DNA of 64,000 nt, from assembly GCA_006218035.1 (NCBI GenBank), contig VBWC01000010.1:75572-139571 (forward strand). The letters run 5' to 3'. Origin of the DNA: Gammaproteobacteria bacterium. GTDB taxonomy: Bacteria > Pseudomonadota > Gammaproteobacteria > VBWC01. Shown here piece after piece: positions 27,852 to 38,201 of this stretch. Made by a program: the position numbers and the translations under genes. Within the stretch, counting starts at the first letter, position 1. Every line of letters begins with the position of its first letter. The notes beneath the pieces were generated by a model that did no database searches, was not told the origin of the DNA, and was given only the letters and a program-made list of their open reading frames with translations.

Positions 27852-28850
27852 TCATGCCGTAGCATCCGGCTTTGATGCGACCCAAAAAGACAACAATTTT
27901 ATCCATCGCCCGCGCACGGTGACAGGGCGGAAGCCGGCGGCCTCCAGATAGCCTGGAATCTCGCCACGCAGATTGACCGCGGTCATCGGCATGAACAGCA
28001 GAGGCCAGACGATCAACCACACCCACCAGGTCGCGGGGCGGTCGACATCGACGATCACGAAGCGGCCGCCGGGTTTGAGTACGCGGTATACCTCGGCGAG
28101 TCCTGCGCGCTTCACGTCCGGCGGCAGATGGTGCAGCATGCAGCTGGAGAACACGACATCGAATCGCCCTGCCTTGAAGGGCAAGGCCTCGATGGCGGCC
28201 ACCTTGAACATCGCGCAGCTCGCCTCGGCTCTGGCTTCCTGCTTCGCTCTAACTCCTCCATCCCTGGAGTCGTCGGCGCTTGCATTGCGCCGCGCGACTT
28301 GCAGCATGGCGGGCGACGGATCGATGCCGACCGCTTCACCTGTATCCCCCACCATCCGCGCTGCAAGGCGTGTCAGCACACCGGTGCCGCAACCGACATC
28401 CAGCACTTGCTGTCCCGGCTGCAGGCCTGCATGGCGCAGCGTTTCCTGGCGGAATTCCGCGCCGAGCCCCAGCAGCGGACAGTAAAAGTCGTACACCGGC
28501 GCTGCATAGTTCATGGTCATGCCGTGAGTGTGCGTTGCCGGTTCATCGAGCACAGCCAGTGCCCGGCGCGACAGCCACCAGCCGTAGAGCATCGCGGCGG
28601 GATAGATCAGGGCGATGATGACGAGCAACAGCGTGAACGGCGTGACGCCCCACACGCGCAAGACAATAACCGCGAAGATAACGGCGGCAGCCGCACATAA
28701 CTTGCCTGCAATGTGGCTGTGCGGCGGTCGCCCCCGGCGTCCTCGACAATTGCTCCTGCATTGTTCTACCTTCGCCCATCCTTGGGCTCGTGTCTCGCGC
28801 GACACGGGCAGAACCCTTCGCTTCCGCTCTTCCCTGCGCGGCGCGCTCAT
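27852..28850 (-). CDS. Class I SAM-dependent methyltransferase with N-terminal TM segments
   Basis: SAM-binding motif VLDVGCGTGVLT. N-terminal hydrophobic helices. Start uncertain (several in-frame Met). Confidence 0.6.
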   Translation of the reverse strand: MSAPRREERKRRVLPVSRETRAQGWAKVEQCRSNCRGRRGRPPHSHIAGKLCAAAAVIFAVIVLRVWGVTPFTLLLVIIALIYPAAMLYGWWLSRRALAVLDEPATHTHGMTMNYAAPVYDFYCPLLGLGAEFRQETLRHAGLQPGQQVLDVGCGTGVLTRLAARMVGDTGEAVGIDPSPAMLQVARRNASADDSRDGGVRAKQEARAEASCAMFKVAAIEALPFKAGRFDVVFSSCMLHHLPPDVKRAGLAEVYRVLKPGGRFVIVDVDRPATWWVWLIVWPLLFMPMTAVNLRGEIPGYLEAAGFRPVTVRGRWIKLLSFWVASKPDATA

Positions 28851-28932
28851 GGCGTTAGCCTCGCGCGTTTGAGCATGGCCGAGTTGATGATCACCGACAG
28901 CGAACTCAGCGCCATCGCCGCGGCGGCGATGA

Positions 28933-29049
28933 CTTGCTGCCGGGCGCTTCTTTCGCCACCGTTCTCGTTACCGTTGATTTCTCGCTGTGTGGCTTTCCAT
29001 TGACGCTTGTGTTTCACTCCCTTTTTCCTACACCCCGCGTTCAGCCTGC
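28933..29049. repeat. Direct repeat copy 2 (~117 bp)
   Basis: See copy 1. Carries a 5-bp indel that destroys the DUF2934-like start frame. The last bases include the stop codon of the cytochrome c gene. Confidence 0.9.
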
Positions 29050-29406
29050 ATGCCGCTGCAGATACGCGATTATTTCCTGAAGCTGCTCAGTATCCGGCAC
29101 CGCCGCAGCCTGAGTGACCATGTGCTGTTTCATGCGGGCAACCACGGCAAGCCACTCCTGCGCGGAGTGAGCTGTCGGCGTCGGCGGTGCATGGCACCGG
29201 CCGCAGTATTGCTGAAACAGTTTCGCGCCCGGCGAATGCGCCTCCGGCAACGGCGCGTCGTTATCACCGGCAGGGATTCGTCCCATCATGCCGCCGCCCA
29301 TCATTTGACCCATGTGACCACCGGAACTCCCCTGGTCACAGCCCGCCAAAGCGCCGCCCAGGACAACCGCCATCGACAGGACAGCGATCAATTGCTTCCA
29401 GACCAT
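29041..29406 (-). CDS. Mono-heme c-type cytochrome lipoprotein
   Basis: 121 aa. Signal peptide with lipobox LAGC. Met/Gly-rich linker. One CXXCH (CGRCH). Confidence 0.6.
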   Translation of the reverse strand: MVWKQLIAVLSMAVVLGGALAGCDQGSSGGHMGQMMGGGMMGRIPAGDNDAPLPEAHSPGAKLFQQYCGRCHAPPTPTAHSAQEWLAVVARMKQHMVTQAAAVPDTEQLQEIIAYLQRHAG

Positions 29407-29442
29407 CGCTCTGTTCGCTTTGCTGAACCGGTCATTACGCTC

Positions 29443-31854
29443 TCACAGCGGCGCCCGTCGCAGGCGCAGCGCATTCATTACCACCGATACCGAGCTGAAG
29501 CTCATCGCCGCGGCCGCAATCATCGGCGACAACAGCCACCCGAAATACGGATACAGTACGCCGGCCGCCACCGGCACACCGAGCGTGTTATAGATAAATG
29601 CGAAAAAGAGATTCTGGCGGATGTTGCGCATCGTCATCCGGCTCAGGCGGCGGGCCCGCACGATGCCGCGCAGATCGCCCTTGACCAGTGTGACGCCGGC
29701 GCTTTCCATCGCGACATCGGTGCCGGTGCCCATGGCGATGCCGACGTGCGCCTGCGCCAGTGCCGGCGCATCGTTGATACCGTCGCCGGCCATCGCGACC
29801 ACCCGGCCTTCGGCCTGCAGTTGCTTGACCACCGCTACCTTCTGGTCCGGCAGCACTTCAGCCTGTATCTCGTCGATACCCAGTTTCGCGGCGACCGCTT
29901 CCGCGGTCTTGCGACTGTCGCCGGTCAGCATGACGATCTTGATCCCTTCCTCGTGAAGATTGCGGATCGCCTCCGGCGTCGACTCCTTGATCGGGTCCGC
30001 CACACCGATGAGGCCGGCCGCCTTGCCATCTATGGCCAGAAACATCACGGTCTGCCCTTCGGCGCGCATCGCGTCCGCGCGCTGCGGCAGGTCGCCGGCA
30101 TCAATACCGAGACCTTCGAACAACTTGATATTACCGAGCGCCACCGCGCGATTGTCCACCTTGCCGGTCACACCCTGACCGGTGACCGACTGGAAATCCG
30201 CCGCCTTCGCCAGCTCGACCTTCTTGTCCCTGGCACCGCGCACGATCGCCTCGGCCAGCGGATGTTCGCTGCCCTGTTCCAGGCTTGCGGCCAACCACAG
30301 TGCATCCTGCTCGTTAAAGTCGTTAACCGGGATCACGGCGACGAGTTTCGGTTTTCCCTCGGTGAGCGTGCCGGTCTTGTCGATGACCAGCGTATCGACC
30401 TTGCGCATGATCTCGAGCGCCTCGGCGTTCTTGATCAACACGCCGGCCATTGCGCCCTTGCCGGTGCCGACCATGATGGACATCGGCGTCGCGAGACCCA
30501 GCGCGCACGGACAGGCAATGATCAGCACCGCGACGGCGTTGATAACGGCATGGGCCAGGCGCGGCTCGGGGCCCCACAGGCCCCAGACGATCATCGTAAT
30601 GACCGCGACGAGCACCACCGCCGGCACGAAATAACCCGACACGATGTCCACCAGTTTCTGTATCGGTGCACGCGAGCGCTGGGCCTCGGCGACCATCTTG
30701 ACGATCTGCGCCAGCAGTGTATCCGCACCAACCTTCTCCGCCTTCATCAGCAGGCTGCCCGTACCATTGACAGTGGCGCCGATGAGCCGCTCGCCGGCGG
30801 ATTTCGACACCGGCACCGGTTCACCGGTCACCATCGACTCATCGACGTGACTGGCACCCTCGGTCACGGTTCCGTCCACCGGAATCTTTTCGCCGGGGCG
30901 TACGCGCAGCGTATCGCCGGGCTGTACGTGCTCAAGCGGGATATCCTCTTCCGCACCGTTATCTCGAACGATGCGCGCCGTCTTCGGCGCGAGCCCTAGC
31001 AGCAACTTGATCGCGGCGTTGGTCTGACTGCGCGCGCGCAACTCAAGCACCTGCCCGAGCAATACCAGCGCGGTAATCACCGCGGCGGCCTCGAAGTAAA
31101 CCGGCACCACACCCATCTCGTTAAATACAGACCGCGGAAAGACGCCGGGAAATACCGCCGCGACCACGCTGTAGGTCCACGCTACGCCTACGCCCAGAGC
31201 TATCAGCGTGAACATATTGAGATTGCGCGTGCGCAACGACTGCCAGCCGCGTGTGAAGAATATCCAGCCGCCCCACCATACCACCGGCGTGGCGAGCGCC
31301 ATTTCGAGCCATTGCCGGTAATGCGGATCCATCAATGCGGCAATAGTCTCCGGCCGGAATTCGGCCATCGTTGCGCTAAAAAAAATCGGGATGGCTAGTG
31401 CGGTGCTTGCCCAGAATCGCCGCGTCATCGCGTCCAGCTCGCGAGTATCCTCCGCCGCCGTGACGGTACGCGGTTCGAGTGTCATGCCGCACTTCGGGCA
31501 ATTCCCCGGATGATCCTGCACCACCTCCGGGTGCATCGGGCAGACGTATTCGGTTTTTCCTGCCGCCGCGACCGGTGCGGACGCCGGCTCCAGCGCCATG
31601 CCGCATTTCGGACAGCTGCCCGGACCTTGCTGACGAACCTCCGGATGCATCGGACAGGTGTAGACGGCCGCTGCTGCCGGTGCACCGGACGTTTTCTTTG
31701 ACGGTGCCCCGGACAAATATTTATCCGGGGCCTGCCGGAATTTCTGCAGACAGCGCTCGCTGCAAAAGCGATAGACGTTACCGGCGTGCTCATGCCGGTG
31801 CGCGGCGTCCGCCGCCACCTCCATGCCGCACACCGGATCGGTCACTGTGGCCAT
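29443..31854 (-). CDS. copA: Copper(I)/silver-translocating P1B-type ATPase
   Basis: 803 aa. N-terminal YHS/TRASH-like CGMEV plus two CPMHPEV...CPKCGM metal-binding modules. TM CPC motif ([13 protein letters not shown]). DKTGTLT phosphorylation site. [10 protein letters not shown] hinge. Confidence 0.85.
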   Translation of the reverse strand: MATVTDPVCGMEVAADAAHRHEHAGNVYRFCSERCLQKFRQAPDKYLSGAPSKKTSGAPAAAAVYTCPMHPEVRQQGPGSCPKCGMALEPASAPVAAAGKTEYVCPMHPEVVQDHPGNCPKCGMTLEPRTVTAAEDTRELDAMTRRFWASTALAIPIFFSATMAEFRPETIAALMDPHYRQWLEMALATPVVWWGGWIFFTRGWQSLRTRNLNMFTLIALGVGVAWTYSVVAAVFPGVFPRSVFNEMGVVPVYFEAAAVITALVLLGQVLELRARSQTNAAIKLLLGLAPKTARIVRDNGAEEDIPLEHVQPGDTLRVRPGEKIPVDGTVTEGASHVDESMVTGEPVPVSKSAGERLIGATVNGTGSLLMKAEKVGADTLLAQIVKMVAEAQRSRAPIQKLVDIVSGYFVPAVVLVAVITMIVWGLWGPEPRLAHAVINAVAVLIIACPCALGLATPMSIMVGTGKGAMAGVLIKNAEALEIMRKVDTLVIDKTGTLTEGKPKLVAVIPVNDFNEQDALWLAASLEQGSEHPLAEAIVRGARDKKVELAKAADFQSVTGQGVTGKVDNRAVALGNIKLFEGLGIDAGDLPQRADAMRAEGQTVMFLAIDGKAAGLIGVADPIKESTPEAIRNLHEEGIKIVMLTGDSRKTAEAVAAKLGIDEIQAEVLPDQKVAVVKQLQAEGRVVAMAGDGINDAPALAQAHVGIAMGTGTDVAMESAGVTLVKGDLRGIVRARRLSRMTMRNIRQNLFFAFIYNTLGVPVAAGVLYPYFGWLLSPMIAAAAMSFSSVSVVMNALRLRRAPL

Positions 31855-31912
31855 CTCATTCTCCTGTCACCCCGATGTGGCACGCTGCCGAAACCGCCTT
31901 CATCGGGATCGA

Positions 31913-32431
31913 TCACTTTTTGTCCTTGTGATCGCGCTCCTTCGCTGCCTTGCCGTCCTGCTTGCCTGGCTTCGCACCTCCCTGCTGCGCCATCATCTGT
32001 TCCATCATCTGCTCCATCATGCCCTGCATCATGTCCATGCGTTTTTCCATCATCTGCTGACGATCCGGCATGGGCATGTCCTTGTTCTTGCCGGCGTCAC
32101 CCATCATTCCGGAGCCCATCATCCCCTCTGACCCGCCCTGCATCATGCCCGACCCCATCATCTCGTGCATCTGCTGCATATGCTCCTGCATCAGCTGCTG
32201 GCGTTTTACCGGATCATCCGTCTTCTGGATCTGCGCCATGGTCTGTTGCATCTCTTTCATCCGTTGCTGCATGCCGTCCATGTCCATCATACCCATACCG
32301 GTACTCTTCCCGGATACCGCAGGGGCCTCGCCGCTCGCCTTTTCCTTTTCAGGATGATGACTATCGTCGGCAACCGCTGCCGACAGTCCAACAAATGACA
32401 CGATCAATACCGGAACCAGATAGCGTTTCAT
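31913..32431 (-). CDS. Methionine-rich periplasmic protein (putative Cu(I)-binding)
   Basis: Start at the internal Met 32429-32431 (MKRYLVPVLIVSFVGLSAAVA signal peptide). About 20% Met in MxxM/MMxxM arrays. Lys-rich C-terminus. Confidence 0.55.
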   Translation of the reverse strand: MKRYLVPVLIVSFVGLSAAVADDSHHPEKEKASGEAPAVSGKSTGMGMMDMDGMQQRMKEMQQTMAQIQKTDDPVKRQQLMQEHMQQMHEMMGSGMMQGGSEGMMGSGMMGDAGKNKDMPMPDRQQMMEKRMDMMQGMMEQMMEQMMAQQGGAKPGKQDGKAAKERDHKDKK

Positions 32432-32573
32432 AAGTGTTCCCTCGTTGTTGAATGTTTCGGTCCATACGTTACAACCTGTGTGTAGCGCACCGGTCAATGT
32501 TCCTCCATCTCTGACTCAATCAAATGACACACCGCATCGCTGTCCGGCATGCCATCGGGCAGGCGGCGCCGGA

Positions 32574-33272
32574 TCAATGGGCATGATCGTCGTCGTGATC
32601 CGTTACGGCCGGCTCATCCATAGTCTCCATATCACCGGGGTCCATCGCGTCATGATCATGATCGTCGTCATGAGTTGCGGTCGCGTCGTCACCTGTCATT
32701 TTCATATCCATGGACCCCGTTTGACCCGCGTCATGATGCGGGCTGTCGGCAGGCGATCCCGATTCTGCGGCACCGGCTGCCTGGCCATGACTGTGACCGT
32801 GTCCGTCCGCGCCGGTCTCCGGTTTGGGCAACGACATCACGCCAAGACCATGACGGTAGACCAGCTCGGCACCGTGCCATGCCGTCGACAGCAACAATCC
32901 GGCGATCAGCAACATCGCGCCGAGAAACATCGCGCCGACACGCTGCTGTCGAGTGTAATTCCGTACCGACCAGATGACGACCGGCAACAGCACCGCAAAC
33001 GTTACCAGCGCCAGGTTGCGGTGCTCGGTCATCGCTTCATGCGATGGCGTGTCATGGGTCACCGTATTGAACGCGTACCAACCGGCCGCGACGGTCAATA
33101 TCGATGCCGCGCCGCCCGCCCACAGATTCCAGTACGCCACGTTCAGCCACTGCTCACGCCAGCGATGACCGGTGAAAATCGTCGCCAGCAGGAAAAACCC
33201 GACCGCCGACGACAACAGCGCAACGGTAAAATGGACGAATATCGGATGCCAGTTCGGAATAATCTCTATCAC
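32574..33272 (-). CDS. DUF2231-like membrane protein with His/Asp-rich C-terminal tail
   Basis: 232 aa. N-terminal WHPIFVHFTVAL motif and 4 TM helices. C-terminal tail rich in HG/HD (GHGHSHG, HDDDHDHD, HDDDHAH). Confidence 0.45.
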   Translation of the reverse strand: MIEIIPNWHPIFVHFTVALLSSAVGFFLLATIFTGHRWREQWLNVAYWNLWAGGAASILTVAAGWYAFNTVTHDTPSHEAMTEHRNLALVTFAVLLPVVIWSVRNYTRQQRVGAMFLGAMLLIAGLLLSTAWHGAELVYRHGLGVMSLPKPETGADGHGHSHGQAAGAAESGSPADSPHHDAGQTGSMDMKMTGDDATATHDDDHDHDAMDPGDMETMDEPAVTDHDDDHAH

Positions 33273-33386
33273 TATCGATCTCCTTCAATTATCACGCTGA
33301 AAAATCATGACCGCTATTCCACCTGCTCGAATATCCGGTTACGCACAATGGCGGTGACCTGGCTGAATTGCATCGCCTCCCTCCGA

Positions 33387-33893
33387 TCAACGGCCCGTCG
33401 GTGGCCGGTTGCAACAGGTGGACGGCGTAACCTCCATGCTTTCCAGCTGGGTCTCTTCAGCATAGTGAACCCAGCCGCGCCGCAGTCGCTCGCTCCACCC
33501 GCTGCCAAGCCGCGCGCCGGCGTCAACGAGCGCCGTCTCGATCTGCGCCTCGGTGACCTGCAACAGATCATAGAAAATAGCGATACAGTCGCGCTCAAAA
33601 ACCACGTCCTTGATACCCATCAATCGGGACAAGGCATCCCGCAAGCCTGTTTCTTCCGCGGCATCCGGCGATCTGGCGAGATGGATCCGCCGGCGCTTGA
33701 TCGCCTCCTCGCCTTCCTGCCGCGGCGCCTTCTGTCCATGCATACCGATATAGAGATGCGGGTGCGCGGTAAAATTGTCCCGGCACTGGGCTGAACAGAA
33801 GACAAAATTCATCTGCTGGTACACGGTCGTGTAGTGTTCATGCGTGACCTCCATGTCACAAACCGGACAGCGTGGCTGGTTGTGTGGCTTCAT
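33387..33893 (-). CDS. YHS/TRASH-domain metal-binding protein
   Basis: 168 aa. N-terminal CPVCDMEV...FCSAQCRD (YHS domain). Confidence 0.5.
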   Translation of the reverse strand: MKPHNQPRCPVCDMEVTHEHYTTVYQQMNFVFCSAQCRDNFTAHPHLYIGMHGQKAPRQEGEEAIKRRRIHLARSPDAAEETGLRDALSRLMGIKDVVFERDCIAIFYDLLQVTEAQIETALVDAGARLGSGWSERLRRGWVHYAEETQLESMEVTPSTCCNRPPTGR

Positions 33894-34480
33894 CGTTGTT
33901 CTTCCGATCCGGAACGCAGCGCGGTATCCGGTAACGGCGCCACCGCGCAGAATCCTTGCGGTTTCACGCCCAGCGCTGCATTAAATTTACTGGAAAGGTT
34001 CTGAAACGCAATGATCGCGGTCAATTCGATGATCGCGTCATCGTCAAAATACTGCCGCAAGCGCTCGAAGTGGGCATCGGTCGGTTGCCTGTCGGTAAAC
34101 GTCACGGCCTCGGCATAGGCCAGTGCCGCTTTTTCACGGCCACTAAACATTTCGCTATCGCGAAAATCGGCCAGCCCCAGCAGTTTTTCTTCGCTGATAC
34201 CGCGCTTCAGCGCGGTAGCGGAATTGATGTCGACGCAAAACGGACACCCGTTGATCTGCGATACGCGCACCGTCACCAGCGTGCGCAGTGCCGGTTCAAT
34301 CGGCGACGAGCGCCGGTCGAGCGCACCGTAAAGCAGCGCCAGCGTGATGAATACCCTGGGCGTTCTGCCCCACAAACGCGCCGGTTCGAGCACGGCGCCA
34401 TAGCGGCGCTTCTGGTTCCAGAAGAACAGCCGGACGTACCACGGGAACCGGTGGCCGGTGGGTGTTGTGATCGTCGTCAT
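33890..34480 (-). CDS. Carboxymuconolactone decarboxylase (CMD/AhpD-like) family protein
   Basis: 196 aa. CPFCVDI motif and overall CMD-family pattern. Confidence 0.6.
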   Translation of the reverse strand: MTTITTPTGHRFPWYVRLFFWNQKRRYGAVLEPARLWGRTPRVFITLALLYGALDRRSSPIEPALRTLVTVRVSQINGCPFCVDINSATALKRGISEEKLLGLADFRDSEMFSGREKAALAYAEAVTFTDRQPTDAHFERLRQYFDDDAIIELTAIIAFQNLSSKFNAALGVKPQGFCAVAPLPDTALRSGSEEQR

Positions 34481-34525
34481 GTCGGCTCTCCTTGTTGTTC
34501 AGGCGATGCGGTACACACGCCCGCG

Positions 34526-34969
34526 TCAGTCGGCCGGATATAAAACTCCGCCCTTGTGCCTGCCGCCGTCTGCTGTCTTGAACAAAATCATCACCTGATG
34601 CTGACCGGCATGGCCGAGATCGTATCCAGCCATATGCCAGTCGCCCATGTTCATCATCATTTTGGTTTCCGAGCTGTCGTCCGGATGCACCACCTTTGAA
34701 TTGATCTGGACATTGCCGACAACATTGCCGTCCTGCTCAACCTTGATCATGACGTCATGGCTGCCACCCATCGCCTTGCCCGGCTCTGCGGGCATGACGT
34801 GAAACGTGACCAGGTAACCGTCAATGTTCTGTTGCTGTTCAAGCATGGCGGATTGTATCGGCGCTACCAATTCTTGCGTCACGCGACTTTCTTCCGCGGC
34901 ACCGCCAGTCGGCGTCCACCCGGATACAACAGCAGCGACGAGAATCGGGAAGACGGACATGATTTTCAT
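34526..34969 (-). CDS. Secreted Met/His-containing protein of unknown function (possible metal chaperone)
   Basis: Start at MKIMSVFPILVAAVVSG (34967-34969). MMMNMGDWHMAGYDLGHAG segment. Sits between the CMD gene and cusA. Confidence 0.35.
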   Translation of the reverse strand: MKIMSVFPILVAAVVSGWTPTGGAAEESRVTQELVAPIQSAMLEQQQNIDGYLVTFHVMPAEPGKAMGGSHDVMIKVEQDGNVVGNVQINSKVVHPDDSSETKMMMNMGDWHMAGYDLGHAGQHQVMILFKTADGGRHKGGVLYPAD

Positions 34970-35030
34970 TCTGGGCTCCTTATGTGTTGTTGACAACAAA
35001 GACCGGTAAGCGTTTCGCAGGTTCAAGACA

Positions 35031-38000
35031 TTACTCCGGCGTAGTGGTCGTTACCGGGCCGCCGCGCTCAAAACGTGCTGTCGCATGCAGCACCAGGCCG
35101 TACACCACCGGCAGCACAACCAGACAAAGCAGTGTCGTGCTGATCATGCCGCCGATCATCGGCGCGGCGATGCGGCGCATGACCTCTGAACCGGTGCCGC
35201 TGCCCCACAGGATCGGCAACAGACCGGCGATGATCGCGGTCGCCGTCATCGCGATGGGGCGCACGCGTTCCGCGGTGCCGGCCCGCGCGGCGGCCATGAA
35301 CATCGCGAGATCCGGCACCGTGTCGCTTGCGGCGCGGCGGCGCGCGACTTCGTGATCGATGAAGGTCAGTACCAGTACGCCTATCTCGGCGGCTACACCG
35401 GCAAGCGCGACGAAACCAACCGCGACGGCAATCGACAGGTTGTAGCCGAGCAGATAGACCAGCCAGATACCGCCGATCAACGCAAACGGGATCGACAGCA
35501 TCACGACCAGCGGTGCAACGATATTGCGAAAGTTCCAGTACAACAGCACAAAAATAATAAACAACGTGGCCGGCACCACGATCCGGAGCCGCTGCGCGGC
35601 ACGCTCCATGTATTCGTATTGTCCTGACCAGACGAGCGTGTAACCCGGGGGTATCCTGACCTCGCGCGCCACGACCGCCTGCGCCTGTGCGACGTAACCC
35701 CCGATATCGGAGGTGCGGATGTCGACATAGATCCACGCATTGGGCCGCGCGTTCTCGCTCTTGATGTCCGGCGGACCGCGGCGCAGCTTGAGATCGGCGA
35801 CCAGCGATAACGGAATTTGCGCGCCGGTCGGCGTCGGGATCAGCACGCGTTGCAGCTGTTCGGGGTTGTCGCGCAGCTCACGCGGATAGCGCAGGTTCAC
35901 CGGATAACGCTCCAGGCCTTCAACGGTCTGGGTCACGTTCATGCCGCCGATGGCGGTCTGGATCACGTCCTGAATGTCACCGACCGTCAGCCCGTAGCGC
36001 GCCGCCTGTTCGCGCCGGATATCGAAGTCCAGGTAATAACCACCCACCGCGCGGTCGCCAAAGGCGGAGCGGGTTTCCGGCAATGCCTTCAACGCAAGCT
36101 CGATCCGCGTTACCAGGTCCTGCAACACAGTGAGATCAGGTCCGCTCACTTTTATGCCCACCGGGGTCTTTATACCGGTGGCCAGCATATCGATGCGATT
36201 CTTGATCGGCAGAGTCCACGCGTTGGCCACACCGGGAAAGCGGATCGCCGCATCCATCTCCTGCATCAGTTGCGCGGTCGTCTTGGCGGGGTCCGGCCAC
36301 TGTTCGCGCCGCTTCAACTGCACCGTGGTCTCCAGCATCGACAGCGGCGCCATGTCGGTCGCCGTTTCGGCGCGCCCGACCTTGCCGAACACAGAATGCA
36401 CCTCGGGGAAGGTCTTCAGAATCTTGTCGGTCTGCTGGACGATCTCCCGCGCCTTGGTGATGGACACACCGGGAAACATCGTCGGCATATAGAGCAGGTC
36501 GCCCTCGTCGAGCGGCGGCATGAATTCGCTGCCAAGCTTTGCCGCCGGATAGGCGGTGACCGCCAGCAAGACCACCGCCAGCGCGATGGTAATGCTGCGC
36601 CACCGCAGCGCGAGATCCAGCACTGGAGCGTGCAGCAGATGCAACGCGCGACTGATCGGATTGTTCGCCTCGGGCAATATCCGGCCACGGATAAAGTAAC
36701 CCATCAGCACCGGCACCAGCGTGATCGCCAGCACCGCCGCCGCCGCCATCGCATAGCTCTTGGTGTAGGCCAGCGGCGCAAACAACCGGCCTTCCTGCGC
36801 CTGCAACGTGAACACCGGCAGAAACGACACGGTGATGATCAGCAGCGAGAAGAACAGCGCCGGCCCGACCTCGCGCGCCGCGGCGCTGCACGCCTGCCAG
36901 CGCTCGCTGTTGCTCAATGCGTCGCCTTTGTCGCGTGCCGCACGTTCAAGATGTTTGTGGGCGTTCTCGATCATCACGATCGCACCGTCGACCATCGCGC
37001 CGATCGCGATGGCGATGCCGCCGAGCGACATGATGTTGGCATTGATACCCTGCCAGCGCATGATCAGCAGCGCCGCCAGGATACCCAGCGGCAGCGACAC
37101 TATCGCGACCAGCGCGGAACGCACGTGCAACAGAAACAGCATGCACACCAGCGCCACCACGATGGACTCCTCGATCAGCGCGCGCCTTAACGTGCCGACG
37201 GCGCGTTCGATCAGCGCACCACGGTCATAGACCGGCACGATCTCGACACCAGCCGGCAGACTCGTCGCCAGCTGCGCGAGTTTCGCACGCACCTGACGGA
37301 TCACCGCCAGCGCATTCTCGCCGTAACGCATGATTACCACGCCGCCCGCCACCTCGCCCTCGCCGTTGAGTTCGGCGATACCGCGACGCAGCTCGGGGCC
37401 GAGATGGATCGCGGCGATATCGCGCAGCCGTACCGGCACGCCGCGCGCGTTGACGTCAACCGGAATGCCTTCCAGATCGGCGACTCCGTTGAGATAGCCG
37501 CGCCCGCGCACCATGTACTCGGTCTCGGCCAGCTCGATAACGCGGCCGCCGACGTCGCTGTTCGAGCGCGCGATGGCCGCACGCACCTTATCCAGCGGAA
37601 TGTTGTATGACGCCAGCAGCCGCGGGTCGACCTCGACCTGGTATTGCTTGACGTAGCCGCCGATGGACGCGACCTCGGCGATGCCTGGCACGGTCTGCAA
37701 CTGGTAACGCAGGAACCAGTCCTGCAACGAGCGCAGTTGCGCCAGGTCGTGCTGCCCGCTCGTGTCCACCAGCGCGTACTCATACACCCAGCCGACGCCG
37801 GTCGCATCGGGACCCAGCGTCGGGTTCACGCCCTGCGGCAGCCGGTCACGCACGTAGTTCAGGTACTCCAGCACGCGCGTGCGCGCCCAGTACAGATCGG
37901 TGCCATCGGAGAAAATAATATAGACGAACGACATGCCGAACAGCGAGTAGCCGCGCACCACCTTGGCATGCGGCACCGCAAGCAATGCCGTCGTGAGCGG

Positions 38001-38201
38001 ATAGGTCACCTGATCCTCGACGACCTGCGGCGCCTGGCCGGGGTAGTCGGTAAACACGATCACCTGGACATCGGAAAGATCGGGTATCGCGTCCAGCGGC
38101 AGCGTGCGCAATGCCCAGACGCCGGCGGCAACCAGCAACAGCACGGCGAGCCACACCTGGAAGCGGTTACGCAGGGCCGCGTCGATAATCGCATTGATCA
38201 T
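35031..38201 (-). CDS. cusA: CusA/CzcA-family heavy-metal efflux RND transporter
   Basis: 1056 aa, 12-TM RND. HME-type motifs. Adjacent to cusB and cusC. Confidence 0.85.
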   Translation of the reverse strand: MINAIIDAALRNRFQVWLAVLLLVAAGVWALRTLPLDAIPDLSDVQVIVFTDYPGQAPQVVEDQVTYPLTTALLAVPHAKVVRGYSLFGMSFVYIIFSDGTDLYWARTRVLEYLNYVRDRLPQGVNPTLGPDATGVGWVYEYALVDTSGQHDLAQLRSLQDWFLRYQLQTVPGIAEVASIGGYVKQYQVEVDPRLLASYNIPLDKVRAAIARSNSDVGGRVIELAETEYMVRGRGYLNGVADLEGIPVDVNARGVPVRLRDIAAIHLGPELRRGIAELNGEGEVAGGVVIMRYGENALAVIRQVRAKLAQLATSLPAGVEIVPVYDRGALIERAVGTLRRALIEESIVVALVCMLFLLHVRSALVAIVSLPLGILAALLIMRWQGINANIMSLGGIAIAIGAMVDGAIVMIENAHKHLERAARDKGDALSNSERWQACSAAAREVGPALFFSLLIITVSFLPVFTLQAQEGRLFAPLAYTKSYAMAAAAVLAITLVPVLMGYFIRGRILPEANNPISRALHLLHAPVLDLALRWRSITIALAVVLLAVTAYPAAKLGSEFMPPLDEGDLLYMPTMFPGVSITKAREIVQQTDKILKTFPEVHSVFGKVGRAETATDMAPLSMLETTVQLKRREQWPDPAKTTAQLMQEMDAAIRFPGVANAWTLPIKNRIDMLATGIKTPVGIKVSGPDLTVLQDLVTRIELALKALPETRSAFGDRAVGGYYLDFDIRREQAARYGLTVGDIQDVIQTAIGGMNVTQTVEGLERYPVNLRYPRELRDNPEQLQRVLIPTPTGAQIPLSLVADLKLRRGPPDIKSENARPNAWIYVDIRTSDIGGYVAQAQAVVAREVRIPPGYTLVWSGQYEYMERAAQRLRIVVPATLFIIFVLLYWNFRNIVAPLVVMLSIPFALIGGIWLVYLLGYNLSIAVAVGFVALAGVAAEIGVLVLTFIDHEVARRRAASDTVPDLAMFMAAARAGTAERVRPIAMTATAIIAGLLPILWGSGTGSEVMRRIAAPMIGGMISTTLLCLVVLPVVYGLVLHATARFERGGPVTTTTPE

